Assembly: GCA_951406725.2 (NCBI GenBank)
Contig: OX597818.1
Span: forward strand, 94,674,001 to 94,738,000
Direction of reading: 5' to 3'
Length of the DNA: 64,000 bases
Origin: Octopus vulgaris
Lineage: Eukaryota
Part shown: piece by piece, positions 56,852 to 64,000 of the stretch
Position numbering within the stretch: the first letter of the stretch is position 1
How the letters are laid out: each line of letters starts with the position of its first letter
Notes under the pieces: generated by a model
Databases searched by the model: none
What the model was told of the DNA's origin: nothing
Seen by the model: only the letters and a program-made list of their open reading frames with translations
Position numbers and translations under genes: made by a program

Positions 56852-57437
56852 CAATGTATGGAGTGTGTGTGTATACAGCTTATTATCATAATGAATGGGA
56901 CATTGATTTTTCCAAATGTACAGCCTTATGCTTTAATTACAATCCTTCACTGTCAGCATTACTCTTTGTATTAGAATAGTTTGACAAGAGAATTGCAGTA
57001 AGCCCTCTCTCAGTCACTTCTATATAAATGACAAGCCTATTAAACTTCATACAAGATGACATAATTTAAAACAGTAATATCTGAACAAACCACAACACAA
57101 CCTATAAGACATAATAGCAACCATCTCTGAATAAATTATAACGTCCATAAAACCTCATAACAACTCTGAATACAAATTTGTACATTTAAAAATATCATGT
57201 ATTGCATCCAGTGCTCACACTGCTTGACAAATTACCTTAACATTTTACCAATATTATTAAATTTTGTCAGTATTACATCAAACCATATTTCATGCAATGT
57301 TTACGGTATTTTACTTGACTTAGAGTTACACTATACTTCAGCTTATCATTAAATGGTTACTACTTAAATTATATTTCATATTACTGAAACAGTTTTTACT
57401 GCTTATCTTCATTAGACCTCTTGGTAGTATGAGTAAG

Positions 57438-57476
<39 letters not shown>

Positions 57477-57482
<6 letters not shown>

Positions 57483-57664
57483 TGTATGTTGTCAACTTAA
57501 TGTGACAGTTTAATGAAAGGGAAGAATGCTACTGCTATTTAGCCCTAAGAAACACTGATAAAGTCATGGCCAACTGGAAATTCTGTTTCCTAGGGCTAAA
57601 TAGCAGTAGCATTCTTCCCTTTCATGGGACTGTCACATTATTAAGTTGACAACATACCATTACT
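57477..57664. repeat. Long hairpin with ~80-bp arms
   Basis: atgaaagggaagaatgctactgctatttagccctaagaaaca pairs with tgtttcctagggctaaatagcagtagcattcttccctttcat; gtatgttgtcaacttaat pairs with attaagttgacaacatac. Confidence 0.9.
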
Positions 57665-57745
57665 TTATCGTGCTGCTACTGTATAAATCTCGCTGGGAGA
57701 TTTAGAAATGTAATATTTATATATATATATATATTTATATATATA

Positions 57746-58058
57746 TGCCGGTGGCACGTAAAAAGCACCATCTGATCATGGCCGTTGCCAGCCTCGCCTG
57801 GCCCCCGTGCCGGTGGCATGTAAAAAGCACCATCCGTCCATGGCCGTTTGCCAGCCCCGTCTGGCACCTGTGCCGGTGGCACGTAAAAAGCACCCACTAC
57901 ACTCACGGAGTGGTTGCTGTTAGGAAGGGCATCTAGCCGTAGAAACACTGCCAGATCAGACTGGGCCTGATGCAGCCTTTCTGGCTTCCCAAACCCCAGT
58001 TGAACCGTCCAACCCATGCTAGCATGGAAAGCGGACACTAAATGATGATGATGATGAT
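57746..58058 (+). mobile_element. RTE 3' UTR fragment with (GAT)n tail
   Basis: Reverse complement of about 31743-32050. Confidence 0.9.
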
Positions 58059-58358
58059 ATAATCATTATTGTAGAGATTGGTGCAATTTGGAATATTTGT
58101 TCATATTGTTTGAGAAAGTGTTTTTACAGCTGGATACTATTGTCTATGATGTAGAAAAGAATAAAGTGATGTCAATAGTCAGTTAAGCAGATTAAAGCAA
58201 AATTTATATCTAACTGTATTCATAACTAGTAAGGTTTGAGTTCTCAATTACTGTACCTTATTCAGTACTTGTAATTTATTTTGTTTCTATGTTTAAACTC
58301 ATTCCATAACCCTAAATAGATTGTTCTCATAATATTTCTGATGATCTTTATTTGGCAG

Positions 58359-58442
58359 GTTTTGCTGGAACCCCTGGTTATCTTTCACCAGAAGTATTAA
58401 GAAAAGATCCATACGGAAAACCTGTAGATATTTGGGCATGTG
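58359..58442 (+). CDS. CaMKII: CaMKII kinase-domain exon, 84 bp (subdomains VIII-IX)
   Basis: Bounded by tttggcag| and |gtaagt. Phase-1 exon translating (G)[27 protein letters not shown](G), the diagnostic CaMKII sequence. Confidence 0.97.
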
Positions 58443-59167
58443 GTAAGTTAATAAAGTTATTTATCATCTTTTATCAACTTAGCTTTCATATTTTTAAAAA
58501 TGTTCATCCTGGATAACTCTAACCCATGTGAGAAAATATTTTTAGAAACATGAAAAGATGCATGTCTACTAAAATTTTGCACTCTTACTCCTGAAAGATT
58601 TTAGAAAACATTTGCTTAAGTACATTACGTCACACTCCATCTAAACAGTGACGAGAACACTCACATTTTATTTGAAAAAACAGACAACCAAAATACCATG
58701 AAATATACCTGCTGGTTTAAAGATGTATGGAACTCTAGCAAATCTGTTCCAGCATGACTAACCAATTCTAACAAATTCTGTGATAACAATAATGTGTGGA
58801 TGTGCACACACACAAACACACATACACACACACACTCAAAAGCAAATGTTCATTTATGTATTAGTGCTCTTAAAACCCACTTCTCCTATTTCTTTCTCCT
58901 TCTCTACCTCACCCTCCTTTTAAACCTTTATTCACAATTTTTCCTTCTCACAACTACATCTTTCTAGAATTCTATATTTATTCTTCTCCAGCAAACATTT
59001 ACTGGAGTTCAAATTCAGTCACTTTAATTGACTATCCTACCTCACTAGTTGTTCTGCATATAAATGAAGCTGTTTCTGTCCTACTCATTGTACCAATAAA
59101 AACTAAAATAGAAATTCTGAAAACTAATCATATATCCCTGTTCTAAAACATATTTCACTCAGCCTAA

Positions 59168-59296
<129 letters not shown>

Positions 59297-60299
59297 TAAC
59301 ATTCTTTCTTCAAAATCAAAATTTTCTGTTTTTAGTCAGATTTAGAGAACTTAAATGTTTTATCTTGAAAGAAAGTTACTAATCTTTGGGTGAAATTTGA
59401 GGTCTTTTTCCCTAAGAGAAAACTTTTGAAACTATATGTAAATTCTACTCTTTCATTCACTCATTCATTTATTTAGTTTGTTGTAATTTTCTGTTTCATT
59501 GCTTTACTGGATTGCTTGCTTTTGTTGTTGCTGTTGCTTTTGTAAACTTTTATTTGTTCACTTCAGTAGGCCTATCTGCAACAGATGCCTGGAGATGCAT
59601 TCTGTTTTGGTTTTTGTAATATTCTACAGATATCAACAGTTCTTTCCAAGTCTCTCTGAAATAGACCCATTTTGGGAGTTTTCATTGGAGGCTTTCCATA
59701 TTAGGATCTATTGTATCATGACAGTATTCAAAGTTATGAAAATCTCATATTTTAAGAGTATGTAAATGTCTGACAGCTCATTTTACTATTGTTTGTGATG
59801 TTACTGTTCTTTGTATTATTATAATGGCAATGGAATGGCAAGGATGGTAGAACATTGTTTAAATATCATGCTGTGTCTAATAAAAAAAAAAAAGGCAGCT
59901 GTATGTAAAAAATTTGTGTTTTAACAGCAGGCCTTGATATATTTACTGCCAAACCTCTATATTCAAATTTTAAATTCCATCATAATTGCCTCTCTTCACC
60001 ATCAGTTCCAGAGTTTCAGTACCAATCAAGTATTGAGATGAACTTATTTGTCTATCCAAACTCACAGTATTTATGAACTTGAGCCCAACTTAGAAGTTAG
60101 CATTATTAATAATCTTTATTGTTACTATTTCACGGGTGTTGGATTAGCAGAATTGTTTGAGCATTAGGAAAAATGTTATGTGATATTTGTTCCAGCTATT
60201 TATGTTCCAAGTTCAAATCCTTGTGTGGTCAATAAAATAAAATATTAGTCATGTACTGGGATCAATGGTTTCTTCTAAATACTTTGAAATTATTATTAT

Positions 60300-60858
60300 T
60301 GAGTGAGAGAGCAGTGCATGCCATCAAAGTGACACTGGGGTAAAATATACAAAGCCCAGTATACCCATCATGACTACCCATCTGATAAGGATACACCAGA
60401 CACATGCATCACAACCAAATGTGTGCAGAATGGTGATCTCATATCAAGATTAACAGCACATGACCTTGCAGTTGAGGCCCAGTTAGAATTTTCTTCAGGT
60501 CAAGTAGCCCATCCTACTCAAAAGGCTCCTGAATAAGTGTTGTTTAATGATGTTGAACAAAACACCCATGTTTCCAGAGGTGAATTATCCAAACCCCAAA
60601 GAATTCCTCTCAACACATGGCTATGATGTGCCCCCACTACTTCTGCTCATGATCAGAGATGCACATATCATCAGCCACTAAGGGACATGTTCAACTGGTT
60701 AAGGTCAAACAACTGACAAGCAAATCTGTGGAATTGAGCATAATATTTGCTGTAACCTATCTTTTATACCAAGACAAAACAGTGTACATGATAACTCTTC
60801 GAATCAGTTAAGATGAGAAGCCATGAAAGCCACTGCCTGGTACTGCATTAGGGCATTT
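60300..60858 (-). mobile_element. Unclassified interspersed element inserted in (TAA)n
   Basis: Higher-GC block with (TTA)n on both sides; no ORF. Strand is a guess. Confidence 0.45.
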
Positions 60859-61417
60859 ATTATTATTATTATCATTATCATCATCATTTTTTTCTTTGTA
60901 TCGAAACCCTTCCTTCATGCATGCATGTATTATGTATATCTTTTATTTGTAATTTTGGGTGGATTTAAAATGCATTTAGTTTTCTGTTTTACCTAAATTG
61001 TTTACTTCACTTAACTTCCAATTTATCATATTATGTAAATCTAAAGTTGATAACTGCAATAGTTATTTTTTTAAATTATTCCGTCGATCATTCTGAAGCA
61101 TCACCAACAATATTATTGCAGTTGTTGTTACTTGAGATTAATGCACTTTACTAATTAAGCTAACTGGGCTAAATGTGTCATGAAATGGCCAATGTGTTTA
61201 GACCTATAGTCTTATATTATTATTGATATCAATTCCTTATCAAAACAGTGGATCTCATAGCACAGATAAAGCTATAATCTTGGGTTGAAAACCCTTTAGA
61301 TTAGAAAAAGTGAATCTGCCTGTAATACATCAGTCCATATCACAGGTTTGTGTGTACTTCAAGACCCACTGTTCCAAAACAGAATTATTTCACATTCTCT
61401 TCAAAAAGTGCTTACAT

Positions 61418-61755
61418 GGTTGTGTGGTTAAAAGGATTGCTTCCTAACCATGTGGTCTCCAAGTTCAGTCCCATTTTGCTGTACTTGTCTTGTGAGTGGA
61501 TTTGATAGAAAATCTGAAAGAAGCCGCCTGTCATAAATGTATACTTGTGTTTGCATGTGTGTGTACCCTTGTCCTGACATCACAAAATGGTTGAAAATGA
61601 GCACCATTGTCCTACTAGCAATGTTGTTCTTCCATAGAAAAGCACATCTGGTAAATATTACCATGCTTGGAAAAAGATGAGGGTTGGCAACAGGAAGGGC
61701 ATAATGCTATAGAAAATCTGTTTCATTAAATTCCATCTGACTCTTGTAAACATCT
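61418..61755 (+). mobile_element. Decayed SINE (46864-type head, RTE-like tail)
   Basis: ggttgtgtggtt...gttcagtccc...ttgtgagtggatttgatagaaaatctgaaagaagcc, then gggttggcaacaggaagggcat. Confidence 0.65.
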
Positions 61756-64000
61756 CTGACAGAATCACTGGAGTATCAGACAAAAGTCCTTGCCTCCAAC
61801 TAAGATCAACTCTGTTTTGCATCCTTCTGGAGTTGATAGAGTGCCATTCAAGTACCTGGGTTAGTTGACAATTCTTTACCCAAAATTTCTAGCCTTGTAT
61901 CTATATTAAAACAAATCATAATAATAATAAGAAGAAGAAGAAGAAGAAGACAAAGAAGAAAGTACCTATAGTTCATATAAATGTTGATTTAGTGGGTTTT
62001 TAACAAATTTTCTATTACTTATCTGTTAAACTTTAATTAGATCACATGTGAAGATACGGATTGATGGTGCATGTTTGAAAACCCTACAGCTTGATGCCTT
62101 TAACAAAGTTAGATTTAAGTATGAATTCAAACCTCGCTGCACTTTCAAAGCTTTAACTTGCCATCAACTGTGTCTTACAGATTGGTCTTACATGTAGGTT
62201 TCATTTCTATCAATTTTTTTTTTAATGTCTCAGACCATCACAATTATGGACAAGCTGAAAAACCAACTAAATATACATAAATATTAAACTACACTACTTT
62301 CAACGATAGTATTCATTTTTTCTTTTCTATTTTGAGATTTGTCTTCTAGTTTTCTTTCTTTTCTTTACGAACTATCTCTGATAACAAAAGTTTTGGTTTT
62401 ATGTAGAAATCTTACAAATACAATGTTAAGTTTTCATTTGGTAAATTTATATAACATTTTACTGATTAGAAATGGTTTATTGATTTCTATAGATTATACT
62501 AATTTTAAAATATGTTTTTATATAGATAAGTATTGAGCTAAACAGATAGCTAGTGCTCTTAGTTTACTGATGTGAAGCTGCAAGCTGAACTCTTGAAAAT
62601 TATCTATATTTCCTTCTGGAATGTTCCAAGGTTTTTCTCAATTTTTAATACCTCCACTTCATTAAGTAACATGCTATATATGTATTATCTGTCTCGAAAG
62701 GAAGAAAGATGAGTATCTGTTGCAACGCAGTGCAATGTAATGCATTACATAATCTACAATTTGATATGTGCACCAAGATGGAAGTGAAGGAATGATTGTG
62801 TTCTAAAGAATTAACTACGATTCACATTTAAGGGTGTATGTGTACAACCATGTATCTTTGTTCTCATAATATTTTCTTATTTTACTTTCCTGTTGGTTTC
62901 AACATTTTCTCATAGACACATATATTATCATGTGTATAACTTTTAGAGCATTAAAGTTTTTATGAATCGGCACCTTTCTCGAAGCCAGCAAGAAAAACAG
63001 ATTGTTTCAAAGTCTTTTGTTTTTTAGAAGAACTTGCCCACTGCTACTCTCTGTAGGCTGCTCTGATATGGTTTGACCTAGTGGTCCCGAGACTATAGAC
63101 TACTATTACAAACACTTGAATTGCTGCTCTTACATTAGATGATCCTTTTTCTCTGGCATAAATGAAGTCACTTAATCTTTTATGGAACCACTGAATTGTT
63201 GACTTTAAACTTATTAGGGAACCATAGCAACCTGTGAAATACTGAAATGTAATATTTAAATTTCTTAATAGTAAGAAGTCTGTTTTTTTTCTTGTTTTTT
63301 TTTTTTCTCAGTTCCCACTAAATTAGTAGACCATGATGTGAGATAAACACATACATATGGATAAAAGGTGATATGATGCATTGATGTTAGATGATAGTAA
63401 ACTGAAGAAATAAGTCAGTTGTTATCTAATATCTGACCAAAATTGAATGCAGAAAAGAAGGAGCTAATGTTTCAAGTAGAGCCTTTAATTATGGTTTAAT
63501 CACTAAGGGATGCAGTTCTCATGGTCTTTATAAGTCCTCCAAAACTAGTGGAGGTGAAGGGAAGAAAGTAAGAAATTATGATCCATGGCATATTGCAATA
63601 GGAAACAATTCATCAAAATGTTCATGCTATCCTCTTAATGTATGCAACAGAAAATACTCCACTAAAGGCACCCAAGGGTCAGATATGTTGTGCCAAACTG
63701 GGGAACAGATTAAGTTTACCATTCAAGATTATTAAAGATTTCTCCCTGAATCATTATATTGTCTTAGTTAAGAGGGCTGTTTGTGCCATCACACTCATAT
63801 ACTTTAATTACTGCTCTTCGTTGGTTAATCACAAATAGTCTGTGGGAATTATATGGTTTATATTGGAAGTCTGCATATTAATGTCCTTCTCTCAAGGTCA
63901 TAGTAACTGTAGTAAATACTGAACTCATATCCATCCGGTAACAGTCCATTGTCTTAATTTTAACCACAAGGTCATTGTATCCAAAGAGTCTATTGCACAA

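Noticed and set aside
63300-63330. Strong acceptor (poly-T, ctcag) as the next CaMKII exon
   Set aside because: Reads FPLN then stop; not the expected xPSPEWDTV.

Overview
AT-rich eukaryotic (animal) DNA, not prokaryotic. The repeat repertoire (tRNA-derived SINEs, RTE/CR1/HERO LINEs, Helitrons, huge (TA)n arrays) resembles an octopus-like cephalopod; that taxon call is my inference. The only host-gene coding sequence is two short + strand exons of CaMKII (58359-58442, 59190-59284), both missed by the ORF track. I found no upstream CaMKII exon, so 1-58358 probably lies in one giant intron. That intron holds several RTE LINE copies whose RT carries an inserted C4HC3 PHD-type finger, three CR1-like families (one with an intact 1033-aa EN-RT ORF2), a decayed HERO-type RLE LINE, Penelope remnants with a decayed hammerhead motif, two modular non-autonomous Helitrons, several SINE families with swapped heads and tails, and multiple inverted repeats. 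Most young insertions are bounded by (TA)n on both sides. Most tracked ORFs are microsatellite or antisense artefacts. I see no clear new multi-gene system. The best leads are the PHD-in-RT RTE, the (TA)n-nested LINE train, a satellite/RTE chimera, SINE-LINE 3' stem-loop covariation and the composite Helitrons. Coordinates were counted by eye; decayed element ends are approximate.
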